64,000 nucleotides of DNA from a phage: the sequence record PQ826431.1. The stretch is one strand, 5' to 3'. Below are positions 17,851-26,989 of this stretch, piece by piece (the first letter of the stretch is position 1; every line of letters starts with the position of its first letter). The position numbers and the translations under genes are program-made. The notes under the pieces are model-generated. The model ran no database searches. It was not told the origin of the DNA and worked only from the letters and a program-made list of their open reading frames with translations.

Positions 17851-18291
17851 TTTGAAGGCGTGTCTGAAAGTTTTTCCTACGCCAATAACTCCGCAATATT
17901 TTTCTAAACGTAGATGTTTTAGAATACCTAAGACTTTTGTTTTAGCTGCTTGGAAGGTGTGTCCGATATCTTCTGGCGGGTATTGCTTATCAATGATTTC
18001 GAACTCTTCCTTTGTGAAGGGACGTTTGTTTTTGGAGGCTCTTTCTGCATTTGTATCTCCTAGCCAACCTCCAATTTTAGTCTTACTTTTACCCCAAAAC
18101 TCTGTCTTATTTTTAAATTCCTTTTGAGCACCTGAAGGGATGTGCTTCGCAATGATTGTTCTTTTCTCTAATGCAGACGCTGCTTGGAAAGCGATCTGAT
18201 CATAATCAATTGCAGCTATTGTTTCTTCGTTGACATATAAATGAAGATCTTCAGGTTTAATTAAAATATAACCGCTAATATTTCCCCCTAA

Positions 18292-18501
18292 TTATTCATC
18301 GTCATCCTCTGTTGAGAATGTTTTAGTATACGGACATTGACGACTTTTCGGGATTGCTATAACTTCATCTTGGTTAGCGTTAGAATAGTAGCAATATTTT
18401 GTATTGCCATTAACTTCAGAATCAGACAAGATTAAAGTAATTTGACCTGCTGCTACTGTGAAACTAAAAGCTAAAAGAACGACTGTCAGAATCTTTTTCA
18501 T
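18292..18501 (-). CDS. small secreted/exported protein (signal peptide)
   Basis: N-terminus 'MKKILTVVLLAFSFTVAAGQ' is a typical Sec signal peptide; two Cys in the mature part. Confidence 0.5.
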   Translation of the reverse strand: MKKILTVVLLAFSFTVAAGQITLILSDSEVNGNTKYCYYSNANQDEVIAIPKSRQCPYTKTFSTEDDDE

Positions 18502-18572
18502 AACGCCTCCTAAAAGCCTACCTCATTAAGTAGGTAGGCATAATATCATAACTAATCCCGCAAGTCAAGAAC

Positions 18573-19451
18573 TTATTTAAGGATTGTTGCTTTGGTTAAA
18601 TCTTCCATCAGACCTCGAATCTCATTGAAGCACAGAAGGACCGAAGCTTCAATACTACCTTCTTCGTCTGCAAAATATTTCGGAAAACGTAGTTTAGAAA
18701 GTTTAAACTCTTTATCCACTACAAAATCTACAACACCATCATATTCAAGACCGATTGCAACAACATTTTTACCATCTTCTTTTAGTTCGACAGCTTTAGA
18801 CTCATATAAGGATTCTTTACTCCAAACAACAACGCCCTCGCTATCCTCCATTTTGATATAATTTCCGAGAGTAATACGATCTGCTTCGTGATTCTCCAGC
18901 AATTCACCAAAACCTTTTACAATAGCTTCTTCATGCACACTAAAACCTACTGAAGGGAAAGTCCCCAGAACGGAACGGAGGAAAGAAGTAATCTCTTCTG
19001 CAACCTTTTTACTTCCATTAAGAACATAAAGAAGATTCGTAGTTTTATCCAAGACAACATAGTTAAAGAAATCTTCAGGTTCTGTTTCAGGCAATAGTGC
19101 AAATTCAATATCTTCCTTCATTGCTTTGACTACTTCTTTATCGACATAAAACTCTTTACCTTCGCTCTCCATGTCCTGACGCATTTCTTCTAGACGTTCA
19201 TTCAGAATACGTTTAACTTTCTTTTTATCTACCTTCTTCACAGATTGACCTACATTAAGTAGTTCAAGATCTGAGAACTCTTTTACAAATTTAGAGTCAT
19301 CTTCGAAACGAACAAGACCGATAGTGTGTGACTGGGAGCCTTCTGCTGTTACAAATTCCAGAGGAATATCTGTAATGCTGTTAAGGGATGCTACAGAAGC
19401 ATCGTCACCAACAACCATAGGCAGAGCGGATTTAAAAGATTTTACAAACAT
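18573..19451 (-). CDS. hypothetical acidic protein (292 aa)
   Basis: ORF followed (minus sense) by GC hairpin; no motif recognised. Confidence 0.5.
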   Translation of the reverse strand: MFVKSFKSALPMVVGDDASVASLNSITDIPLEFVTAEGSQSHTIGLVRFEDDSKFVKEFSDLELLNVGQSVKKVDKKKVKRILNERLEEMRQDMESEGKEFYVDKEVVKAMKEDIEFALLPETEPEDFFNYVVLDKTTNLLYVLNGSKKVAEEITSFLRSVLGTFPSVGFSVHEEAIVKGFGELLENHEADRITLGNYIKMEDSEGVVVWSKESLYESKAVELKEDGKNVVAIGLEYDGVVDFVVDKEFKLSKLRFPKYFADEEGSIEASVLLCFNEIRGLMEDLTKATILK

Positions 19452-19507
19452 GTTTCCTCCTATTTAATACATCTCACATTACCGCCCGTAAAGGGCGGCT
19501 TACAACA

Positions 19508-20233
19508 TTACTTGTTAATAATACCTGCGATATTAGGTTTAATGAAACCTGACCACTTCATGATCTTACCTTTATCATCAAAGAACACATACACTTTCTG
19601 TTTTTCATTATAAACGGCATGAACACCAGTGTATGCCCCTTCTGGACGATTGGCATTTCGTTCTTCAATTGAAGCGCATTCTTGTGCAATGGCTGAATCG
19701 ATATCTGAAGTTTTCCAAGTTTTCAGCAACTGTTGTTTAGTTGGATACTTGGAATCATTACTTTTCAATACCTCTTTAATAACTTTCTTTTCTGGATATT
19801 TTGAACGGATTAGAGTGTCACGAGACATACGCATGATACCAGCAGCCATTAGTGCCATTTGAACTGGCTCTGTAAATGTTTGTTCCAAAGCATCAAAATC
19901 AGTATACACAGTTGGAGTAAAAACATCGCCTACAGCATAGTCCAAGAAATTCATCGTATGTTCTTCACCAAAGAACATGTAAGTAAGATAACTGGATACT
20001 ACAAAAATATCCGCTGCTGCATCCAAGAGTTCTACATGATCGTTTACTTTCGCGGCTGTTTCATACTCTTTAAGCTCTTCACGAACGAACCCGATTTGGG
20101 ACATAAATAGCTCTTGAGTGAATTCAGGTTGTTCACCACCTCGTGCTTTGGCATTCCAATCAATTACGTGCTTTGCTGCATTTTTGAAAAATTCAGTATC
20201 GAATTTAATATCTTTAAAAAAATTCTCGATCAT
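19508..20233 (-). CDS. hypothetical protein, possibly MazG-like all-alpha NTP pyrophosphohydrolase
   Basis: 'REELKEYETAAKVNDHVELLDAAADIF' resembles the EExxE...ExxD metal-binding pattern; weak. Confidence 0.3.
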   Translation of the reverse strand: MIENFFKDIKFDTEFFKNAAKHVIDWNAKARGGEQPEFTQELFMSQIGFVREELKEYETAAKVNDHVELLDAAADIFVVSSYLTYMFFGEEHTMNFLDYAVGDVFTPTVYTDFDALEQTFTEPVQMALMAAGIMRMSRDTLIRSKYPEKKVIKEVLKSNDSKYPTKQQLLKTWKTSDIDSAIAQECASIEERNANRPEGAYTGVHAVYNEKQKVYVFFDDKGKIMKWSGFIKPNIAGIINK

Positions 20234-20242
20234 TGTTTCTCC

Positions 20243-20434
20243 TTATTTAAAATATTGTTTTGTAAATTCCACCAGATATACAACAACTGCACCCATTTGT
20301 GTACCTGCTGCACCGTAGACAATAATTAGACTAACCTTCTGCCACCATGTTGGGTGAGGGAAAGTTGATGCGCCAATTATACCACAAGCAACAATAGAAA
20401 GGAACACAAGAACCAGAATAACTTCAATGCTCAC
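20243..20434 (-). CDS. small membrane protein (two predicted TM helices), holin-like candidate
   Basis: 63 aa, hydrophobic stretches 'VILVLVFLSIVACGIIGA' and 'VSLIIVYGAAGTQMGAVVVYLV'; function not established. Confidence 0.35.
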   Translation of the reverse strand: MSIEVILVLVFLSIVACGIIGASTFPHPTWWQKVSLIIVYGAAGTQMGAVVVYLVEFTKQYFK

Positions 20435-20445
20435 TGCAACCTCCT

Positions 20446-21075
20446 TTATGTTTTAATCTTGCCAAAATACAATACTTCAGCTTCCTGTCTTGCTGATATA
20501 GCATCTTCAATATCAGTAAATGCTCCAAGACGGATATCTTTTCCTTGATAGGATATACGAGCAATCCATCTTTTTTCTTTCTCGCTCCACACAACACCTG
20601 TTTTACCAGAAGTGTTGTTTTTCTGTTTTCGTGTATTGTATGACTGGACAGACCTTGTAGCCCAGCGACAATTTTCTTTACTGTAATCTTTTTCCGAGTC
20701 TATTCTGTCAAGAGATAAACCTTTAGGTCTATCTCCCATATCCTCAAAAAATGCAGAGAATGAATTTCTCCAAGCATCGCAGACCTTAATACCACGACCA
20801 CCGTAGTATTCAAAGTGAGTATTGTTTTTGTTATAGCATCTCCCTAACATAGCTTCCCACGATTTGTATGCTCCTGTTTGTGTTGTTTGCGGTCTACACT
20901 TCGAACAATAAGAACTTTTATTCTTCCTAAGTGTTGCCATAGTTACCGTGCAAATATTACCACAATCACAAGAACAAGTAAAACGTCTTTTGCCATGCTT
21001 GTCCCTTTCAATCTCTTCTAAGACAGTATAACAACCACATTTCTTACCTACAAGGTCTACTCTCTTGGCTCCCAT
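20446..21075 (-). CDS. HNH homing endonuclease with N-terminal zinc finger and C-terminal AP2-like domain
   Basis: 'LSLDRIDSEKDYSKENCRWATRSVQSYN' (HNH_3-type motif), 'YYGGRGIKVCDAWRNSF', C-terminal 'GVVWSEKEKRWIARISYQGKDIRLGAFTDIEDAISARQEAE' (AP2-like). Confidence 0.7.
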   Translation of the reverse strand: MGAKRVDLVGKKCGCYTVLEEIERDKHGKRRFTCSCDCGNICTVTMATLRKNKSSYCSKCRPQTTQTGAYKSWEAMLGRCYNKNNTHFEYYGGRGIKVCDAWRNSFSAFFEDMGDRPKGLSLDRIDSEKDYSKENCRWATRSVQSYNTRKQKNNTSGKTGVVWSEKEKRWIARISYQGKDIRLGAFTDIEDAISARQEAEVLYFGKIKT

Positions 21076-22184
21076 GTTCCCTCCACCATTTCCCGTAAAC
21101 GGACACCTGTTGGTTTAGTAGGTATTCCACCATCAGAAAACTCTTCATACTCAATCTCAACAAATTTACCAATTAACATTTCGGCATTCTCTGCTTTACG
21201 ATAATTGATAGTCTCATGAGCATCTTTACGCATTAAGAATTCGACTACTTTACCATTTTCCATCTCACCTGTCAACACTCCATCGCCATTTTTATCACTT
21301 TTTGAATTTGTTACTTTAACTTCAAGGGTGTGGCGAGGCTTACGTTTAATAACGTCATAAGAACGTTTATCAAATTCGTAAACTCCGTGAGCATTACGAT
21401 ATACTACACCTTCAGCTTTCTCAAGTAAAGCTTTTTCATAGAAAGCATCAAACTGTTCTTGGTTTTCAATATACTCTGTATGAACTACGCAAATAAGCTC
21501 GTCAAGACCATAATCTTCAACTACTGCCTTAAGAGCAGTAAGAACATCAACACGTTTTTCAAACGGTAGATCTGGAACTGGAATATCGTATACGTAATAG
21601 TTCAGCAAAGGTGTATTTGCATTATGCTTCTTCCAGGCACTGTTAATTTGTTGTAGACTAAGGACACCTAACCCAGCAAACACTTCACCATCAAGAGGAT
21701 GACCAACAACTTCACTAATAAAGTTTGGAATACCTTTCCAATGAGGTGGCAGGTTGTACACTTCCCCAGCTTTTGATAAACACTCTCCTTTCATGTTAAT
21801 CATAGAACGTAACCCGTTCAGTTTGTATTGTGCATAACCAGGGAACACAACCCTTTCAGGATAATCTTTATAATCCTGGCATTTCATTGGTGTGGAAGGA
21901 ACATGGTTTTCAGCTTCTTCTTTTGTTTTATAATAGCCATTCTTTAACTGTTTTGTCCATTTGGCAAAAGCTTCAAGTTCAGCTTGTTCTTCTGGTGTTG
22001 TTTCATTGGAACGACCAATGTTTTTTGCTTCTGCTGTATAAGATTTTTCTGTGATTTTTCCACCTACCCTTCCATGAGCTACAGTAACAACTGCACCATC
22101 TGTATACACTGTCCACTGTTTAAGTTTTCCTTTTGAATCTTTACCATACAGCGTTTGATTTGTTTGTTGCATTAGTCCTCCCAC
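21057..22184 (-). CDS. nucleotidyltransferase-superfamily ligase (DNA ligase-like)
   Basis: Motif I 'KLNGLR' (KxDG-type with N), motif III 'DGEVF', motif IV 'EGVVYR', motif V 'VIKRK'. Confidence 0.6.
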   Translation of the reverse strand: MGGLMQQTNQTLYGKDSKGKLKQWTVYTDGAVVTVAHGRVGGKITEKSYTAEAKNIGRSNETTPEEQAELEAFAKWTKQLKNGYYKTKEEAENHVPSTPMKCQDYKDYPERVVFPGYAQYKLNGLRSMINMKGECLSKAGEVYNLPPHWKGIPNFISEVVGHPLDGEVFAGLGVLSLQQINSAWKKHNANTPLLNYYVYDIPVPDLPFEKRVDVLTALKAVVEDYGLDELICVVHTEYIENQEQFDAFYEKALLEKAEGVVYRNAHGVYEFDKRSYDVIKRKPRHTLEVKVTNSKSDKNGDGVLTGEMENGKVVEFLMRKDAHETINYRKAENAEMLIGKFVEIEYEEFSDGGIPTKPTGVRLREMVEGTWEPRE

Positions 22185-22393
22185 TTAAAAACTGAAATTT
22201 TCAATCTGTTACACACTTCATCCAAATCTGCGTCGAGTAACGTTGTAGATGTTGCCAACATATAATCAATGCTTGTGAAACCTTGCCCTTTGGCATAGTC
22301 AAGCATATCTTCATACATATCTTCAAGATCACCGTCATCAAAAGTAGCTAGAAAATCCTCGTCCCCGCTACGAACATAAAATGCAGTACTCAT
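22172..22393 (-). CDS. hypothetical acidic protein (73 aa)
   Basis: Small ORF in array. Confidence 0.4.
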   Translation of the reverse strand: MSTAFYVRSGDEDFLATFDDGDLEDMYEDMLDYAKGQGFTSIDYMLATSTTLLDADLDEVCNRLKISVFKWED

Positions 22394-22578
22394 TCATCTT
22401 CATCCCAAGATTCACAAGCACAACAATCATAGATTTCTATAATACCAGTACGTCCACAAGAAAGGCAAGTGATTTTATCACCGTAGAATACATAATTCTC
22501 GTCTCCGTTGGTATTCACGGAAATCAGATCACTGCCACAGGGACATTCCAACCAAGGCACAATGATATCTTTCTTCAT
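22390..22578 (-). CDS. hypothetical zinc-ribbon protein (62 aa)
   Basis: CxC...CxxC pattern ('ECPCGSD...CLSCG'). Confidence 0.4.
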   Translation of the reverse strand: MKKDIIVPWLECPCGSDLISVNTNGDENYVFYGDKITCLSCGRTGIIEIYDCCACESWDEDE

Positions 22579-22749
22579 GTTTTCTCCTTAACCTTTAGGT
22601 GTGCAGAATCCACGATCAAATACATTCTTACGGATGCCTTCTGCTAAAGCCATCTCACAAGCCCCTTGCGATCCGAATTCTTGTGTATAATCATTACTAC
22701 CATGACTCCAAAGAGCAAACAAAATATAGATTGTTGCCATTTTTCCTCC

Positions 22750-23076
22750 TTAAGCATTCAGTTCGCTGTTGAGTTCATATATCTCCTCTTGAAGAGAATA
22801 GATCTCTTCCTCCAAACGGGAGATCTCTTCTTTTAGATATACCATTTCGGATTCTTTCTCTTCTAATTCATTTTCAAATTTTACTTTATTAGCCTCATTT
22901 TCATAATGCAGTTCAGCGTAATCATCACGCATTTGTTCAATAAGATGAATCAGAGACAAGATATAATTGTCTCCCGTTTCATCACACCACTCTTCACCGT
23001 GACGGAGAACGGTAATTCGTCCAGTATCTTCATCTAAAATTGTCTCATATTTACAATCATCTGTATAAATCTGCAT
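22750..23076 (-). CDS. hypothetical coiled-coil protein (108 aa)
   Basis: C-terminal heptad-rich region 'EEISRLEEEIYSLQEEIYELNSEL'. Confidence 0.45.
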   Translation of the reverse strand: MQIYTDDCKYETILDEDTGRITVLRHGEEWCDETGDNYILSLIHLIEQMRDDYAELHYENEANKVKFENELEEKESEMVYLKEEISRLEEEIYSLQEEIYELNSELNA

Positions 23077-23085
23077 TATTTCTCC

Positions 23086-23490
23086 TTATTGAAGTTTAAG
23101 TGAACCACGAAGACGTTTCTCTTGCTGATCACGGATATATTGTGGAACCTCGTGAATTGAATCATTACCGTGCCTATTTTCAACAACTAAAGAGATAACT
23201 TGATAACCAAACTCTTCAGCAAGAGCTAGATAAGGTTTAAGTTCTTTCTCTGTGGTTGAAGTATTAGAAACAATAATCTTGTTAAGATTAGATGCCATAG
23301 CATCACGAACAATACCCTGACACCATGCGTGTGCTTTACCTACATTTTCTGGCTTCCAATCGTAAACACCACTCTCTGTGTAATGATATTGATCTGCCTC
23401 ACAGATAGGCCAATAACCTTCAGAAATAATTTCTGCTACTGTAGATTTACCAGCACCTGAAACACCACGTAAAATGATAAGTTGTTTCAT
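23086..23490 (-). CDS. P-loop polynucleotide kinase-like protein (Pnk kinase-domain-like)
   Basis: Walker A 'ILRGVSGAGKST' at N-terminus, small size (134 aa), adjacent to ligase and phosphoesterase. Confidence 0.65.
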   Translation of the reverse strand: MKQLIILRGVSGAGKSTVAEIISEGYWPICEADQYHYTESGVYDWKPENVGKAHAWCQGIVRDAMASNLNKIIVSNTSTTEKELKPYLALAEEFGYQVISLVVENRHGNDSIHEVPQYIRDQQEKRLRGSLKLQ

Positions 23491-24423
23491 TTATCCTCCA
23501 AAAAAGTTTTCGATTTTTTCACGTCGCTCTTGCTGATTTAAAGCAGCCCATTGAATCTTCGTAAAATTATTTCGAATCCATTCTAACAAAGCGTAATATT
23601 CTTCGTCAACCATTTGTTTGGCATTTTTTGGATTATCCCAAATCAGATCCCACTTTTTATCTCCACCGCGCATAAGAAACTTCTTAGTAAGATAGTGTGG
23701 TGATTTAATTTTTAAAAGTAAGTTGAACGGATAGTTTGTTTCACGAACTACAAACCCTTCGTGTTTACAATGTTTAGACATTTCAACAACATCTGAAAAC
23801 TTAACCATTGGATGAACTTCAGGACGCTTAAATTTGGTGACAGAAGCAATTCCATCAAGAGCACCTTCAGGTAACATAAAACTTGTCCCATCAGGATTTT
23901 GAATTCTGGCACCAATTAAGTATGCACCTGGTTCTTCTTCGACAATATGCGGATCAGAAGGATCACAGATTTCAAAAAGGAAAGTTGCTTTTGCACTCTC
24001 TGTCCATTTGATGAAATGTTCTATGTCATCACACTCTGAAATAATATGATTCTTTGCAATACTTGCAAAATCTGATTCAAGGCTTCCTGTTGTCGATACA
24101 ATAAGTTGACCTTTATATACACCTACAGAGGCCATAAAACCATTTACTTTACGAACCACATCTACAAGTTCATCCGCTGGTAGATCTGTGCCATTCTCAA
24201 AACGATTAAAAATCTTAGTGAAAGGCCAAATAACAACATTGTCATCAGCATCAACAACGATTCCGCGACATTCTAGAAGACGAGAATCAATGCTCCATAA
24301 GTTATCCCAGAAAACTTTGTTCTTATACTTAAGAACAGATAGACCAGAATACTCTCCTTCTTTATATGTTTTCTTATGAACTAAACCTTTTTCAACCAAA
24401 TCGTCGCAATTAAATTTAGCCAC
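23491..24423 (-). CDS. RNA ligase-like nucleotidyltransferase
   Basis: Motif I 'KVNGF', motif IV 'EGFVVRET', motif V 'LLKIKSP'; 310 aa; start abuts kinase gene. Confidence 0.6.
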   Translation of the reverse strand: MAKFNCDDLVEKGLVHKKTYKEGEYSGLSVLKYKNKVFWDNLWSIDSRLLECRGIVVDADDNVVIWPFTKIFNRFENGTDLPADELVDVVRKVNGFMASVGVYKGQLIVSTTGSLESDFASIAKNHIISECDDIEHFIKWTESAKATFLFEICDPSDPHIVEEEPGAYLIGARIQNPDGTSFMLPEGALDGIASVTKFKRPEVHPMVKFSDVVEMSKHCKHEGFVVRETNYPFNLLLKIKSPHYLTKKFLMRGGDKKWDLIWDNPKNAKQMVDEEYYALLEWIRNNFTKIQWAALNQQERREKIENFFGG

Positions 24424-24424
24424 A

Positions 24425-24976
24425 TTATTCTCCTTTGATTATTTTGTGATGGTCTACAGTCACGATATCTCGTTTACTCATCATAGAAATTATCTCATCA
24501 AAATGCAAGATTTTTCCGTGTGCATCCCAACCCACATCTAACATTTTACCATAAGCTTCATCAGGGAAAGATCCGTGGGAATGCCCGTGTAGCATGATTG
24601 ATCCACGACCTTGTTTATTCCAGGAGGCCATAGGGTAATGGCTTAAGACGAAGAACAGCTTCTGATATTTCACTTCGTCATAATACACCACTTCTCCATA
24701 CTCTGCAAGCACTTCTCGGTGTTTGCTGTAGTCATGGTTCCCAACACAGTAGGTGATATCTCCTTGGAGACGGGAAGCAATTTTACGGGTATCTTCTTCA
24801 GTTCCGAAACAGAAGTCGCCCAAATGCCACATCTTAACACCAGGAGTAGTAGCACATTTGTTCCATGCTTCGATCAAGGCTTCTGTCATGTGGTCCATAT
24901 CTTCCCACGGACGATATTCAGGAGCAAACTCTCGAATACGTTTATGCATAAAATGCAAATCGCTTGTAATAAACAT
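24425..24976 (-). CDS. calcineurin-like metallophosphoesterase (candidate RNA end-healing phosphatase)
   Basis: 'MFITSDLHFMH', 'HLGDFCFG', 'CVGNHDY', 'LHGHSHGS' metal-ligand motifs of the metallophosphoesterase fold. Confidence 0.7.
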   Translation of the reverse strand: MFITSDLHFMHKRIREFAPEYRPWEDMDHMTEALIEAWNKCATTPGVKMWHLGDFCFGTEEDTRKIASRLQGDITYCVGNHDYSKHREVLAEYGEVVYYDEVKYQKLFFVLSHYPMASWNKQGRGSIMLHGHSHGSFPDEAYGKMLDVGWDAHGKILHFDEIISMMSKRDIVTVDHHKIIKGE

Positions 24977-25332
24977 TAGTATAATCCCTCGCTAAATAAT
25001 TCATGGTCGTGACCATTACGCTCATGGTCGATCTGGTCAGCATTTTCCGCGATAATGTAAGCATCCGCACGACTCCACCAATTGTAATACTGATCGATAA
25101 AGCCTTGATTATCTGGTGTGCACAAAGTTTTGTTGATTACACCTGCTTCTTTCAACACGTTTAACTGTGCATATAGTACAGGATTTGCATGTCGAACACA
25201 AGGAATAATTAATTCTTCACCATTATTCAAAATATACTTATTTGCAGCACAGACGATAACACGTTGCGCATAATGCCCCTCACCAATCCAGGTAAGAGGT
25301 TGGTAACAAATGTTGTTTTCAATACCACTCAT
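24976..25332 (-). CDS. hypothetical protein (118 aa)
   Basis: ORF in early array. Confidence 0.45.
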   Translation of the reverse strand: MSGIENNICYQPLTWIGEGHYAQRVIVCAANKYILNNGEELIIPCVRHANPVLYAQLNVLKEAGVINKTLCTPDNQGFIDQYYNWWSRADAYIIAENADQIDHERNGHDHELFSEGLY

Positions 25333-25491
25333 TGTTTCCTAATCCTCCTCTCTTAAGTTATCCTCGAAAAAACTAGTATCTGGAAGTAAAAGATCATTGC
25401 TTGTGTCGGGCCAATCCTCTTCTTCTCTGTAGATAAAGTAACCTTCGTCCTCTTCTTGTTCCGACCAAACCGAATGATGCATGTTCTCTCC

Positions 25492-25848
25492 TTAGTAGTG
25501 CACACGAATCATTTTAATACCATAACGCTGCATGGATTCTTTTGCAAGCATGAATTTATCCCCAGCGGCGGGATTAGAAGTATGCACGAAAATGGTAGGT
25601 GAACCAAAGCAAGGTTTACCAAACGCCAGAAGTTCTTCCAGATGCAGGAAAACATCATACCCATCTTGGTCTGACTCCATACCCAAATCGTTGTCAAAAT
25701 GCCACTCGTCTACAAAACGATAACCCTTCTGCACCTCATTCATGTAGTGAGAGGCAAGAAGTTCCTGTGATGTTTTAAACCAGATTGCATCTGGACAACC
25801 ATAATCTTTTGGATCACGTAAATCATCAAGCCAAATAATAGTACTCAT
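25492..25848 (-). CDS. hypothetical protein (118 aa)
   Basis: ORF in early array. Confidence 0.45.
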   Translation of the reverse strand: MSTIIWLDDLRDPKDYGCPDAIWFKTSQELLASHYMNEVQKGYRFVDEWHFDNDLGMESDQDGYDVFLHLEELLAFGKPCFGSPTIFVHTSNPAAGDKFMLAKESMQRYGIKMIRVHY

Positions 25849-25858
25849 ATAACCTCCT

Positions 25859-26329
25859 CTAAGCTGGCATTATTAAAAAAGAACTCTCCACTTCAAAATG
25901 CCAATCGTCAACAAGCCCTGATTCCCAATCCTTCTCTTCATGGAAAGAGCAAATCCAACGGTACATACCTGGCGGTGTATTATCAACATCTTCTGGCAAC
26001 CCGTAATCCAAAGCTGTCAAACCGTTCTCTGTAAAACTAGGATGGAGATTAGGAGCTTTCAATACAGAAACCCTTCCTCCAACATCTACAGCCACAATCC
26101 ACTCTGTCATGTATGGGCTGTCATATTGAGGTTCATCAGAACCTACCTCAACAGCCTCTGTGCGTAAGATGATAATAGCCTGCTCTGTGATTGGGGCTTT
26201 GACAATATACCCGTGATCCTCAAAAAGATCGATAACCTCGAACTCATCGCCGTTTTCGACACCATAACTCTTATTCAAAGAGATAAACTTCGGGTTATCA
26301 TCGTAAGCTTTAGTTACTTTAATTCTCAT
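25859..26329 (-). CDS. hypothetical protein (156 aa)
   Basis: ORF in early array. Confidence 0.45.
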   Translation of the reverse strand: MRIKVTKAYDDNPKFISLNKSYGVENGDEFEVIDLFEDHGYIVKAPITEQAIIILRTEAVEVGSDEPQYDSPYMTEWIVAVDVGGRVSVLKAPNLHPSFTENGLTALDYGLPEDVDNTPPGMYRWICSFHEEKDWESGLVDDWHFEVESSFLIMPA

Positions 26330-26550
26330 TTTTCCTCCTTCACTTTAACCTCAAATTCTACAGGCTTACCCTCAATGTAAAAACAATGATACTCTGCCTT
26401 ATCATCCTCATCACGAGGCCAAGTTACCAAGGAGTTATAGCAATCTTCTGGTGCTTTGAAGATGGTTTTAGTCTCCACAGTAACATTCCCATTAAGTGTT
26501 GCCAATACCACCCACCCAGTTACAGGGATCATAGTGCCTCCACTTTCCAC
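26326..26550 (-). CDS. hypothetical protein (74 aa)
   Basis: ORF with 4-nt overlaps to neighbours. Confidence 0.4.
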   Translation of the reverse strand: MESGGTMIPVTGWVVLATLNGNVTVETKTIFKAPEDCYNSLVTWPRDEDDKAEYHCFYIEGKPVEFEVKVKEEK

Positions 26551-26711
26551 GTTTTACCCTTATCAACCAAGGTCTTTGCTACAGCATACTCCTTCCCATT
26601 AACAAGGAAATAATAAACGATAAAAGATTTCCCGATTGTTACTGTCTTAGTAACCTCTACACGTTTAACACCTTGCATGTATTTTGCCTTACCGGAATAG
26701 AGTAAAATCAT
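26529..26711 (-). CDS. hypothetical protein (60 aa)
   Basis: Small ORF in array. Confidence 0.35.
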   Translation of the reverse strand: MILLYSGKAKYMQGVKRVEVTKTVTIGKSFIVYYFLVNGKEYAVAKTLVDKGKTWKVEAL

Positions 26712-26989
26712 TTTGCATTCCTCTTGTTGTTGATAACATCCATAGCAGTATATGGTTTATTAGTGCCATGATACTCCAGAATCATTGGAGAGCCTTCTTG
26801 CACTACTTCAAAGATACCATAAACAGAACTTTCAGCAAATACCATTTGCTTCGTGCCTTCATCGTTTACAACGAGAGAAAACTTCTTGCCTGTCCCGTTG
26901 AGGATCTCGTATTTCTTGCCAGCAGTGAATAATCCAGAGTACCACTCATTATCTGTTGCTTTTACACACTTCAGGAAAGTCTTGATCAT
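26708..26989 (-). CDS. hypothetical protein (93 aa)
   Basis: ORF in array. Confidence 0.4.
   Translation of the reverse strand: MIKTFLKCVKATDNEWYSGLFTAGKKYEILNGTGKKFSLVVNDEGTKQMVFAESSVYGIFEVVQEGSPMILEYHGTNKPYTAMDVINNKRNAK

Noticed and set aside
18292-18501. Stop-codon readthrough fusing the signal-peptide gene to the downstream start-less frame
   Set aside because: A TAA readthrough joining a secreted peptide to a large cytoplasmic-looking protein is implausible; a noncanonical start or sequence error is a simpler explanation, so it is reported only as an open question.
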